A DNA stretch of 64,000 nt. It comes from Eledone cirrhosa (taxonomy: Eukaryota). Positions 27,560-38,985 of this stretch are shown piece by piece. The notes under the pieces are model-generated. The model ran no database searches. It worked only from the letters and a program-made list of their open reading frames with translations, and was not told the DNA's origin. The DNA lies in the NCBI GenBank assembly GCA_964016885.1, contig OZ024740.1, forward strand, positions 150,102,001-150,166,000, read 5' to 3'. Position 1 is the first letter of the stretch, and every line of letters begins with the position of its first letter. Made by a program: the position numbers and the translations under genes.

Positions 27560-29150
27560 GTTGGAAAGGAGAGGATGTCACCCACTAAAGGGGAACAAAT
27601 GAGGATGGAGGAAAGAAAGCAAGGTAGAGATAAAAACGAACATTTACGCAGACCAAGACTTCTAAACCGTTTGGTCACGGGACTTTGAAGTATTGGACAT
27701 TGACCAGGCACTCGAGTTCACTGAAGATTAAGTCGTCAAAGCATTGGAGAGACGACGAGAATCTGTAAGAAGGACTTACTCTGAGGAAATACAACAACTT
27801 AGGAATCGACGTGTAATTCCTAAGTATGAAAAACATTGGTGAGTCTCAATGGCCTCGAGGTTTTTAATAATTGCTCGAGGTTAGCCAACTAAGGTCGAAA
27901 GATGGATTCAAAGGCTTGGTCAGTTATTGGGGATCCAAGGGAGCACCACGCAGGTGAGATAGGAACCGCAATAGAGGGGAAGGACAGATTTACAGTCTGC
28001 TAATGTGAAGCTAAATCGTTGAGGGACCAGAGTTCATTTTTGGAACTTTAGACGTGAAGGCCCCTATGGCCCAGTTCCTCAATCATCGTCTCCGCAGTTT
28101 CTAGGACCTCATCTGAAGGAACTCCCAAGCATCATCCGCATAGCAGATATTCAAATCCAGGTCAACTCCTATCTTGGTGACGTCATCAATACCCAGTGTG
28201 AAAATAGCACGTTCAAGCGGATCACCTTGTTAGACGCTAGAGGCAGAGGCAGATAAAATGGTCACCGAAGGCGAGGTAAGAGGACTCCCGATAGGCTTGC
28301 CAAGCGAAGTGGTAAAGCTGAGGGGACCTCTCCTTTACTGAACGAAGGATGACATCCCTACTGATGAAGTTGAAGGCGTTCCTGATATCTAGCTTGAGGA
28401 TAACCTTAGGGGTCTCGGAAGGCAAGTTGGTAAATACTTTGGTTGCGTGAGCGGCAGCCTCACAGCCAAGCTTGGTACCCACCCCTAGCTGAATATGGGA
28501 AAATTCGGCGAACAGGCAGTTTGAAATCGAGGACAAACATACTTTCGCAGTGTGCACCCAACTGATATGTGATGGAGGTCACCATTGGGCTTTGTGAGGC
28601 CAAAATGTTTAGCCCCAAAGAACAGAGGGCGAGAACGGGTTAACAAACTGGCTGAGGTTCTCTAAAAGCTCAAGGCCGGCATCTCCATCATGAGACACCA
28701 TCCTTGAGGTGCTGAGGTCGTAGACCATCAATTCCTGTGCAAGAACCCACAAAAAGAATATAATCGCCTTCCTAAATTTATCAGGGGTGAAGACAGGTTT
28801 TTAATAGGCTGTAGATTGGGAAAGTGTAAGTGGCCATCCAGAGGAGCCAGAAGATGTTTCTCCCTTAGTCGAATGAATAAATCAGTAATGCAGTGGGTGA
28901 GGGAGGACAGAGTGGAGAGGAGGCGAACAGCCCCTTTAGTATCAAATTCGTCGAATTTGGCGTTGACGGCCCCTTTAAGTTCGGTCATCGTCCATTGATC
29001 GGAACAGAGTTGATCACCGACATAAGATGAGCAGTATTTGGGGTGGACTCAAATAGCTCAAATTGCCGTTTTAGGGAAGATGTAAGGGATCCCGGGAACT
29101 ATCAAAGAATTACTTTTTCCTGTGGCGTTCTAGACGTTTGGTGGAGTTGG
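27560..29150 (-). mobile_element. Degenerate CRE-clade (RLE-type) non-LTR retrotransposon, RT region
   Basis: Minus-strand peptides KGAVRLLS, QLGVGTKLGCEAAAHA, LKLDIRNAFN, V*QGDPL, CYADDA, ILRNYTSIPKLLYFLRVSP and SLGLRKCSFLSLPCFLSS, interrupted by stops and frameshifts. Confidence 0.85.
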
Positions 29151-29164
29151 GCCGCTGACAGCGA

Positions 29165-29310
29165 AGTTCTTGTCATCGTTGGCGGCTCGCCTTACCAAGG
29201 TCTCATGTGATGCCCGTTCAGGTGCCTGGTTGTTTCTGTACCTTAGCCTCGCCATCACCCGCGGTAATGCTGCGAGCGTTGTTGGCTTGCCTCAAAAATT
29301 TCCTTTGACC
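29165..29310 (+). mobile_element. C-terminal tail of the CRE-clade ORF, opposite orientation to the RT part
   Basis: LAARLTKVSCDARSGAWLFLYLSLAITRGNAASVVG resembles the conserved LSxAxxRGNAA C-terminus of CRE-type elements. Confidence 0.7.
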
Positions 29311-29318
29311 CTTGTGAT

Positions 29319-29499
29319 CAGTGCCGGATTTACCAGTTTGCTTGGGTGTGCTTAAGCACAGAGCCTCGTTAGCCGGGAGCGGGGGGGGGGGGGGGGGACA
29401 TCTTCCTGCCCACCAAAATGTTTACCTCATTTAGAACCCAAGTAAGGGGCCTCATAACTTAACTACCACAGAGCCTCATTTGTCCTAAATCCGACACTG
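29319..29499. mobile_element. hAT-type MITE (181 bp)
   Basis: 14-bp TIRs CAGTGCCGGATTTA / TAAATCCGACACTG (1 mismatch). The flanking 8-mers CTTGTGAT / CCTATGGT match 5/8 and differ only by transitions, consistent with a decayed 8-bp TSD. Confidence 0.8.
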
Positions 29500-30239
29500 C
29501 CTATGGTGTGCAGGTGATTGTCGCACTTACTGATAGTCGATTTTGTTTTTGTTACTTTTTTCTCTAGCGTTTATCGTATATTTTGGTGCGTTGTATTTGT
29601 AAGGTACCTTGCACTAGTTTTTATTATATGTGAATATATTTGAGTTTATATTTTTATTCTGAAAGAATTGTGAACAATTTTTAATCTTATTTATACAACT
29701 GTGAATAAAAATTGGATATATAATATAAACAAAAAAAAAATAAATATAGCTTCACTTCATCTCAAAAAAGGAAAAATACGACTACTTCGAATCGTAAATA
29801 CAATCGTTGATTACAGTATTCACAAATGAATATAGTGTTCAATAAGGCTTCTGTGTTGTGTGAGGAGTCTATTTACCATGGGATATTCCCTTAAAATGTG
29901 ACAATTTTGTAGTCAGACAGTTATGTTACACACAGCCTTGTCGTTATTAGGAAAAATCAAATGAGCTAATATTTAGTTTTTAATTACTCCTAGAAGGAGT
30001 TTTTGTCTTCTAATAGGAAGGATATCTCGGTTAATCGAAGTTTTCGCGTCCCCATATATAGTGTAATGTGTATTTTACACTCAAAAATGCTTACCTGGGG
30101 TATTTTTCCTCAGCCCTATTATATGTTTGTATGTGTGTGTGGTATATACCTATAGGTTAGTCGTAGCTTTTAACATTAAAATATTGGGCGCTGAAAGCCG
30201 CATGCGAATTATCTTCCGAATCTTGTTCTGAGCGTGAAA

Positions 30240-30613
30240 TAATTATTTCTAAAATTGGCACAAGACCAGCAATTTGGGGGAGGAGGAAAATCAGTTATAT
30301 CGATCCCAATACTTAACTGCTACCTTATATTATCGACGCCGGAATAATGAAAAGCAATGTTGTGTGCGGAGGGATTTAAACTCAGAACGTATTAAGTCGT
30401 AACTAAATACTGCAAAGAATTTAGTCCAACGTGTGGGGAAAGAAAATCAATTAAATCGACCCAGTACATTACTGGTGCTTTATTTTATCCACTCCGTAAA
30501 GATGAAAGGCAAAGCTAACTTCGGCGAGGTTTGAACTCAGAACGTCTAGGGATGTAACTCTATGTTGCGAAACATGGTGTCCGACGCTCTAACGATACTG
30601 CCAATCCACCGCC
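30240..30613 (-). mobile_element. Two adjoining tRNA-SINE copies (composite)
   Basis: Reverse-strand B boxes (GATTTAAACTCAG, GGTTTGAACTCAG) and the head TACTGCCAATCCACCGCC. Confidence 0.8.
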
Positions 30614-30619
30614 TGGGCG

Positions 30620-32374
30620 TGAACCCGGTGATATCATCAGGTATTCGAAATATAACAAAGGAATATATAAAATCCATGGGTCCGTCAGAGAGGACGACTG
30701 ACCAACTAGCTGCTTTCACCTCGGTCAGTCGCCCTCAAGTGATGGCAACTCGGTCTACTAATGACCATCTGGTGAGGGGGCGAAGGCTTATAATGTACTA
30801 CCACCTCTCCGTCAGAAAATAAAAAAAATAAAAAAGAAAGAAAGAAGAAAAGTCAGCGTAAGGGTCACACTACAGTCATGCTAGAAGACGCCGCGAAAAA
30901 TGTTATTCCAAAGAACCCATATTTTAACAAAGGCATATATACATACCCGAACTTTACACTAGGTACCACTTGATACCATTCCATCTCTTCCATCCTCTAT
31001 ATCTATATGTACAACCTTGCATTATCTTACAACTTGATCTATTCTGTATTTCCCCTTTGCCTTGATTCCTCCGATATGTTGTTATATATTTCCGTCTTAC
31101 TACATCACTACCCTAGCTATGACGGCGTTTTATTCATGTATTTTACTTTTTACTTTTTACCTTATTAATGTATTTTTTTATATATTTTTTTATTTCTTAT
31201 CTTTGTATTTTTATCTTTGTATCCTGCTTTTATTTATTTGGGATTTTCTGCTTATTATTCCTTACTCGGGTCATTATGCACCATTCATAGCTCCCTACCC
31301 ACCAAAGAACGACACTACTTATAACCCGGACTAACTGTGACTTAAAAATAAAAATAATTATAGTCTATTGGCACTTTTCATTGGGTTTTACCACTTTTGA
31401 CTGGTGAGGTGGATTTCCCGGCTGTGCACCGGGCGCTCGGCAGGTTCAGCCTTCCTTGAGTGCTTGGAAAAATAAATTTTCCCCTCTTTCGGTAAACGAA
31501 ACTACTCGGAGCGTCTCAATTTGCCCCGGGGCCCGCCGCGCCACCTGTTTTAACCGCCATATTAAACTCATACCTATAAACTCTGGGCTTAGGCATAACT
31601 GTTAGCTGTATCATGCCTCCCTCTAGTGGCACGTAAATAAACCCCTCCTGTGTGAATTAATAGTATTCGTTTGGTATAGACGACGGCCTGTAGAAGCTGG
31701 TTGACTTCCCGCTAGCACACCCGGAGCCTATCGCAGCTACGTTCCTAGAGTACTCGGAAAAATTAATTTCCATTTATTTCGCTAGACGATACCACTCGAA
31801 ACTAGCTGACACGTGGATAGGAGTTGCTGGCTGGGACTTACAATCGAAGGCTTTTATCTTTACTCTATACCCCACCTTGATAACCTGTCGAGATTCCCTA
31901 TAATACACACAAACTTTTTCATATAAGACTCTCTCTGTAATTTCATTAAATAATTCTCGCAACACAAACCTTTAATTTTCTATTAATTTTCTAATAATTT
32001 AATTTCATCCTATAATTCTTAACATAAGTTAACGTTCCAATTTTCTGTTTACACATTAGACCATACAGACACCCATATATATGCCTTTGTTAAAATATGG
32101 GTTCTTTAGAATAACATTTTTCGCGGCGTCTTCTAGCATGACTGTAGTGTGACCCTTACGCTGACTTTTATTTTTTCTTTCTTTCTTCTTTTTTTATTCT
32201 CTGACGGAGAGGTGGTAGTACATTAAGCCTTCACCCCCTCACCAGATGGTCATTAGTAGACCGAGGTGAAAGCAGCTAGTTGGTCAGTCGTCCTCTCTGT
32301 CTCTGATTTCGGACCCATGGATTTTATATATTCCTTTGTTATATTTCGAATACCTGATGATATCACCGGATTCA
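30620..32374. repeat. ~300-320-bp inverted repeat (30620-30941 vs 32076-32374) with ~1.1-kb spacer
   Basis: For example, GGTCACACTACAGTCATGCTAGAAGACGCCGCGAAAAATGTTATTC vs GAATAACATTTTTCGCGGCGTCTTCTAGCATGACTGTAGTGTGACC. Confidence 0.95.
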
Positions 32375-32407
32375 TATGGAACCCGATCATTGAAATGATC
32401 ATAGTAT
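32350..32407 (+). ncRNA. Minimal type I hammerhead ribozyme (Penelope-like pLTR type)
   Basis: ATAC-CTGATGA-[stem II around CGG(A/G)TTC...GAACCCG]-GAAA-T-GATC-A-TA-GTAT. Stem I is ATAC/GTAT, loop III is the palindrome GATC, and AATAAA follows immediately. Confidence 0.6.
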
Positions 32408-32880
32408 AATAAACTTTTCAAGGATTTACACCAGTCCAGCCTCCTGTTATTTTATTAATAATTAACTCCGTATTAGCACCACCAACTACACAAACGAAGA
32501 CGGGTGAACTATGTTGAGTACTCTCCATAATATTACATCAAGATTGACCATATGGAATGACCAATTCTATCCAGTGGTGAACCAACAAACCTAAATAAAT
32601 ATATATATGTATATATATATATATACACATACACACATACGTACATATATATATATATATTTCGTTTCTGAATTTGTTTAGCAAGATTCTTTATCTGAAA
32701 ACGTGTGTTGAAACCGATATTGTTATACTTTGTGAAAGCAACTGGTGCGTGTGTTTCTTATTGGCAACATGACCCTCCCAAAATATAACAATATATATTT
32801 ACGGGGTCGATAAAATAAAGTACCAGTAATATACTGGGTAATTACTGGCCTTGTGCCTAAAGTAGAAACAATATATATAC

Positions 32881-32892
<12 letters not shown>

Positions 32893-32972
<80 letters not shown>
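32893..32972. repeat. (AG)n microsatellite
   Basis: Direct dinucleotide run. Confidence 0.97.
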
Positions 32973-32975
<3 letters not shown>

Positions 32976-33004
32976 AATTACTTGTATATAAGTCGCTTCA
33001 TTAT

Positions 33005-33286
33005 TTCACGCCAGGCGGTGGATTGGCAGTATCGTTAGAGCGTCGGACACCATGTTTCGGAACATAGAACGTAAAGGGATCTAACTCTGAGTTCAAACCT
33101 CGCCGAAGTTTGCTTTGCTTTTCATCTTTACGGGGTGGATAAAATAAAGCACCAGTAATGTACTGGGTCGATTTAATTGATTTTCTTTTCCCACACACGT
33201 TGGACTAAATTCTTTGCAGTATTTAGTTACGACTTTATAATTTCTGAGTTTAAATCCTTCCCCACACAACATAGCTTTTCATTATT
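33005..33286 (+). mobile_element. Composite tRNA-SINE pair, inverted copy of 30344-30623
   Basis: Head GGCGGTGGATTGGCAGTATCGTTAGAGCG and B boxes. It shares the SINE-SINE junction CACACGTTGGACTAAATTC and the flank TTCACGCCAGGC with the left copy. Confidence 0.85.
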
Positions 33287-33316
33287 ATTAATATATATAT
33301 TATTAATATATATATA

Positions 33317-33772
33317 TATATATATTAGAAAGTGAGGTTTTTTTTTACAAAATGAAAAATAACCGAGGTGTCCTACACGAGTGAAAGTATAAGGAAAAAA
33401 GATGAAATCATAAATGCAACTGGAGTCTTTTTTTTTTAAATATATATTTATTTGGTTCTTCTGAGAAAAACCACAAACCCTCCATCTCAATTCTACCTTT
33501 GAAAAGCACAAGAACTGTGAAACCAGTAAATGAACCAAATAAATATATATATTTTAAAAAAAAGACTCCAGTTGCATTTTCGATTTCATCTTTTTTCCTT
33601 ATATAAAAACTGCGAAACCGGTAAAGGAACCAAATAAATATATATATTTTTTTTAAAATAAGACTCCAGTTACATTTTCGATTTCATCTTTTTTTCTTTA
33701 TACTTTCACTTGTGTAGGACACCTCGGTTATTTTTCATTTTGTAAAAAAACCTCACTTTCTAATATATATAT
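33317..33772. mobile_element. Foldback MITE with ~140-bp TIRs inserted in (TA)n
   Basis: TTAGAAAGTGAGG...AACCGAGGTGTCCTACAC...TTTGGTTC vs GAACCAAA...GTGTAGGACACCTCGGTT...CCTCACTTTCTAA, with an internal partial duplication at 33513-33603. Confidence 0.85.
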
Positions 33773-34326
33773 AAACCTTTGTTAGTACTGCCTCTGCTTT
33801 GTTCCCGTTCCATTTTTCACTCTATATATATATATATATATATATAAATATATCATGACGCCGATAACAGTTACATTATATCTACAAAGCATGTTTTTGA
33901 ACATATTTTGATTAGAAAGATATATGTATTTGTAGAGAAATGGAAATATAGTTCTGAAATTCAATTAATGTAGCAGCTAGCCTTCATGTCAAGGAAATAT
34001 GCTATGGAAATACTACGAACTTGTCTGATTTATGGTTTAAAAATTCAACGAAGTTTGTTTTGTACTGAATCAAAATGAAGGTTAAAAGAACAGTGTCTAC
34101 GTACATATCTAATTTCAAATTTCTTTTAATTTTGTGCAGAGTACAAAAGGTAGGCGGGCTCCAACATCCACTTTTCTATTTTAAAAAAATCATACACAAA
34201 GCGCCAGCATCAACAATTTTGCAAGAGATGTCAACATAAATGGACCTGTTATTTTTTATCTAAAGACATTTTTTCCAATTGCAACCCACCCGTCCCTTCA
34301 ATCTATCTTATTTGTCATTCTTTATT

Positions 34327-34356
34327 CTGATGAAAGACTAGCGTCCGAAACGTTAA
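34327..34356 (+). ncRNA. Degenerate minimal hammerhead motif
   Basis: CTGATGA-AA-GAC-TAGC-GTC-C-GAAA-CGTTA. The core is intact but stem I is poorly paired. Confidence 0.4.
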
Positions 34357-34587
34357 GACTCTCTTTCTGTTATTTCAAGCGTTAACCGAATATATTCCTT
34401 CCATATACTGTACCGATTGTGTTGTTATTTCTGTTTACCTTTTACATATATATATATATATATATAAATAAATATATATCTATATCCAAAATTAAGATAA
34501 ATCAAATGACATGCCTGCTTTAGCTGACCGTTTGTGTCGGGCTCACGCGCGCATGCATACAACCACACATCCTATGTACGCACTATT

Positions 34588-34790
34588 GGTGGATTGGCAG
34601 TATCTGTACAGCGTTGAACAACATGCTTTGCGGCAGATAGTTACGGTTCTTTACATTCTGAGTTTAAATTCCACCGAGGTTAGCTTTGCCTTTCATCCTT
34701 ACGGGGTCGATAACACACTGGAATCGATTTAATCGACTTTCACCTCCCCAAAATTGTTATCCTTGTGCTTCAATCAGAAACCACTATTAA
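34588..34790 (+). mobile_element. tRNA-derived SINE (diverged)
   Basis: GGTGGATTGGCAGTATC...CTGAGTTTAAATTCC...GCCTTTCATCCTTACGGGGTCGATAA. Confidence 0.8.
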
Positions 34791-35283
34791 ATATTGTCAC
34801 ACCTATTTACTTATTGTCACGATATTTAATGCAGAAATATATATGTAAAACACTAGCCCAGTCTTGTAGCGCGTGCGTGCGTGCGTGCGTGTGCGTGTTC
34901 TCTCACGTTTTTCCTTTTCTTTATAATATAGGGGAAAAACACATGCATATTCAGTCAGCCATTTACTTATACACACGCGCGCGCGCTCTTTTGAAATGTG
35001 TGATACACACTCTGTATCATGACACTTTAAAGAAATCGTCAGATGAAGGTTTGAGTTTGTACATTACTTCATTGAGAAAGTTGCAGTTAACAGCAATAAG
35101 ACGTTTTACTAATTTAGAGGGAAGATAAAGGAAGAGGTTTTACATCACATATATACATATCAAGACGTTAAAATCATAATTATTGATCTTTTTATTCATC
35201 TGTTATTGTTTTTATTTTGTTTTTTAAATGCAACCATACAATTTTTGGAAAAAAGTATTTTTCTAACTCAAATCTTATTGCAG

Positions 35284-35384
35284 TTGCTATAACGATTTCG
35301 TGTGTGTAAATGAGGAAAATGAATATTATTTGGGACTTGTACCCTTTACTGAGGAGGAGTTCATCGGAACGTCGTCAATTGTAA
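35284..35384 (+). CDS. IB-domain peptide, exon 2 (apparent 1-bp insertion near the end)
   Basis: Acceptor TCTTATTGCAG| in a phase compatible with exon 1; reads (S)CYNDFVCVNEENEYYLGLVPFTEEEFIGT. Removing one C in ACGTCGTCAA gives GTCQL*, completing the IB-domain GxC motif. Confidence 0.6.
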
Positions 35385-35559
35385 GAATTTTAATTCTTTA
35401 AATTTTAGCCATGATTTCATATAACCAACACTAGATATCATTCTGAATTAGAAATTAAGATCAATTTTTCTAAATATGCTTAGTTACAATTAGAGGCACA
35501 GATAAATATTTATCTCATGCATTAACAACAAAACAGTCAACTGCTTAAACTTTGGTAAG

Positions 35560-36840
35560 AAAGGAGCAATTATAGAGGAATAATAGCCAATAATAGCCAG
35601 AAATAAGCCATTATACCTAGCTTTCATTGATCTAGAAACAACATTTGACAGAGTACCATGATCTATTATCTAGTGGTCCTTAAGGAAATTGTGTGTAGAA
35701 GAATGGTTGGTGAGAGCAGTGCAAGCCATGTACAGAGGAGCCTTCAGCAAAGTAAGAGTAGAAAATGAGTTTAGTGAGGAATTCAAGGTACAAGTAGTTC
35801 ATCAAGTTTTGGTTCTTAGTCCGCTACTACTCATAGTCCTTCAGGCTATATCAGAGGAGTTTAAGACTGACTGTCCATGGGCACTTCTCTGTGCTGATGA
35901 CCTGGTCCTTATAGCTGAATCCATAAAAGAACTAAAGAATAAGTTCCGATTGTGGAAACAAAATTTAGAATCAAAAGGTCTGAGAGTAAACTTAGCCAAA
36001 ACTAAAGTGCTAGTAAATAAGAAAGAAGATAGGACTGATTACCCCAGGGAAGTGGCCCTGCTCAATATGTAGAAAAGGAGTGAAGTAGGCATAAACTCTA
36101 TAAGATGTACACAAGAGATGTAGTGAGATAATGGGTAGACTAACAGGAAGGGAAGACTTTATTTGTAGAGCATGCACATGAGTAGCTGCGGGGAGAGCAT
36201 CAGTGATATAAACCTTCTCCAATCACAGGAAGGATCCATAGAAGAGGTTGATAGCTTTTGATATCTAGGTGACTTAATTAGCAGTGGAGGAGGGTGCTTA
36301 GAGAGCATAACTAGAATAAGGAGAGGGTGGAAGAAGTTTAGAGAGCTACTCCCACTGTTGACAACAAAAGTTTTCTCCCTACATGCAATAGAATAACTAT
36401 GACACCAGTGTGCAAGGTGCAATACTGCATGGTCGTGAAACAGGGGCTGTGACTGCAGAAAACATGCGTAGAGAAATATGAAGTGAAAACAAGCAACCAT
36501 GCTCCATCAAATTTGCAATGTAAATGTGAGAAAAGGCAGCGTTTGGATGAACTGAAGGAGAAACTGTGTTTAAAAGGAATCTGAAGTGGTGTGTAAAAGA
36601 GAGGACTGTATTGGTAGACACGTGATACACATAGATGATCACTAAGAGAATTTAAGACATCCCAGTGGAAAGAAACTGCAGTAGAGGTAGACCAAAATGT
36701 CTTGGGCAGAGGTGGTGAGAGCTGATCTCAAATCGCTATGACTCACAGAAGAGATGGTGAAGGAACATGGTGAGTAGAGATGCTATGCTGAAAAGGACCC
36801 ATCCAACCCATGCAAGCATGGAAAATGGTAACGTTAAAAG
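35560..36840 (+). mobile_element. Degenerate 5'-truncated RTE LINE (PHD-containing family)
   Basis: EWLVRAVQAMY, LSPLL, CADDLVL and KTKVL, homologous to 46896-48647; 3' end CCATGCAAGCATGGAAAATGG...CGTTAAA. Confidence 0.9.
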
Positions 36841-36869
36841 CCTTAAATAGAGAAAGTATTCTCTGGCTG

Positions 36870-38160
36870 ACTTGTGTGTACAAGGTGGCATGGATCTCTG
36901 GAAAGGAACCTATGCAACGGTAAGCGGGAGTGATAATTCAAATTTTCAAAAAAGGGATATAAGAGATTGTTCCAATTACAGAGATTTCCTTGTTAAGCTT
37001 CGCTGGTAAAGTCTATGCTAAATGCCTGGCAAAGAAATGAAAGGATATTGTTGTGTCCAAGCTAGCTTATGAATAGTGTGATTTTTGCTCTGGATGCAGT
37101 ACAATCAACCAAATATTCACACTGCGGCAGATTTGAGAAATCATGGGAGTATGACCAAGAAGCATATTAATTTGTAGGCCTCGAAAAGACATGACTGCAT
37201 TACACAGGACCTGCTGTGGAAGGTTCTGTAAGAGTATGGAATTGATGGACAGTTTCTTGTTGCTCTGATGTCTGTATACAAATGCCGTAATATGTGTTCA
37301 GATAAATGATGCTAAATTGAAACCTTTCAATGTGAGTCAGACTCTGCTAAAAGTGTGGTCATCCTTCCTGCTCATAATCTTCATGAATTGGATTGACATG
37401 CACATCCAAGTTGGAAGTGGTATCAAGACTGGCAGTGTAAGATCAGTTGGCTGGGATTTACAGACAACAGATTATTTAACTCGTTAGGTGAACTGACATG
37501 CATGTGATAGGTTTGATGCAAAGTGCTGCTCACCTGCAATGAAAATCAGTGCTGCAAAGACACTTGTCTTACAAATGAAGCTTGCGCAGTGTCTTTAATT
37601 AGTGAGTGGAGGTCGACTAAGGCAGAGGGATAAGTTCAATTATCTCAGGGCCATGTGCTTGATAGAAGTGGTTATCAGAAGGGTGGTAGGTGTAAAGGCC
37701 AAACTTGCCATCTTCAATTCCGTATTCGTGCCAATGAGTACCTATAGTCATCAATCTTGGTTACTGACCGAAAGAATTCGATCGCAAATACAATACAAGC
37801 AGTTGAAATGGGGTTCCTCCAAATAGTCTTTAGAGTAACATTATTCTATTGAGTGTGTAGCTCAGAGATCAGAATCACTCCAGGTAGAGCCGCTACTTCT
37901 GAATTGAGAGATGACAGCTCCGATACTATGGGCATGTGATTAGAATGTCTCAGGAAAGAATCACTGGACAGATTTTACGGGTGAAACTAACCTACAGAAG
38001 ACCTAGAGCAAGATGGTTGGATAACAACATGAGCTCGACTGCTCTCCCTTGGGGATCCAGATGGATCAATTGGAGACAGTTGCTTCTAAAAGGACTACTG
38101 GAAGGCGTGCTTGAGGACTCACCCCAAATATTCCTGGGAGGGTTGTTGGGGCAAAGAATT
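36870..38160 (+). mobile_element. Degenerate RTE LINE, second family (no PHD insert)
   Basis: Decayed KKG...CSNYR, DKFNYL, AKLAIFNSVFVP, YGHV.RM and RPRARWLD motifs; many stops. Confidence 0.8.
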
Positions 38161-38273
38161 TTCAAAAGCCTAATTTCAATTGGTTAAATATTCAAATTCT
38201 TTTTAAGTCTTGATACCAAACTGCCTATGGTTTTATGAATCAAAACAACCCATTTTAAAAGGTTCCTATTTAA

Positions 38274-38476
38274 CCCTTTAGCATTTAAACCGGCCATATC
38301 CAGCCAGAATTACCTCACCTCTTTCTTTTCAAACCGGTTGTAACTAGCCACCCATACTGATGTTAAGGTATTGTTGTTAAGATAAATATCAAAATCTCAG
38401 ATTCACTACTATGTGAAGTAAAGCCATTACTGTGAAAATATAATAGTAAATATAGAGTAATGTAAATGCTAAAGGA
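38274..38476. mobile_element. piggyBac-type MITE (~200 bp)
   Basis: TTAA|CCCTTTAGCATTTA ... TAAATGCTAAAGGA|TTAA. Confidence 0.85.
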
Positions 38477-38506
38477 TTAAATAAAAGTATTCCAACATAA
38501 GAACCT

Positions 38507-38512
38507 TTTATT
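38507..38512 (-). terminator. Candidate poly(A) signal of transketolase
   Basis: AATAAA on the minus strand ~475 bp after the stop codon. Other AATAAA candidates exist (e.g. ~38653, ~38724). Confidence 0.3.
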
Positions 38513-38985
38513 AAATTATATTACAAATGCCATAATTAATCCAAATAATGTATTTCATTATATATACAGAAACGAGTGAATTAAACCAAATACTGATTTT
38601 AACGAATATGCTTTACCAATTAAATATTTTTAATCTGGAAATAGGGAATAATTTATTGAAATTCCATCAGCAGACCAAAAACAAAAAACAACAAAAAAAA
38701 AAAACTTATATATTTTTCCATATTTTATTTCATAAAAGACATTAGTTATGAGCAAGGGCTATTGCAACAAGAACCTCAATATAAACCAGTTAAGTAGCAA
38801 ATTATGGGTGTGTCTAAATTCAGTATTTCCCTATTTTTAAAAATATGTAGAACAATCAGAAATCAACATATATAATTATTTATAAACATGAGCAAACGTA
38901 CATGTGTGTGTGTGGGGGGTGGGGGGGGGGGGGGTGCGTGCATGTGCATATATATATATAAATACACACAATTTGATTGCACTGC

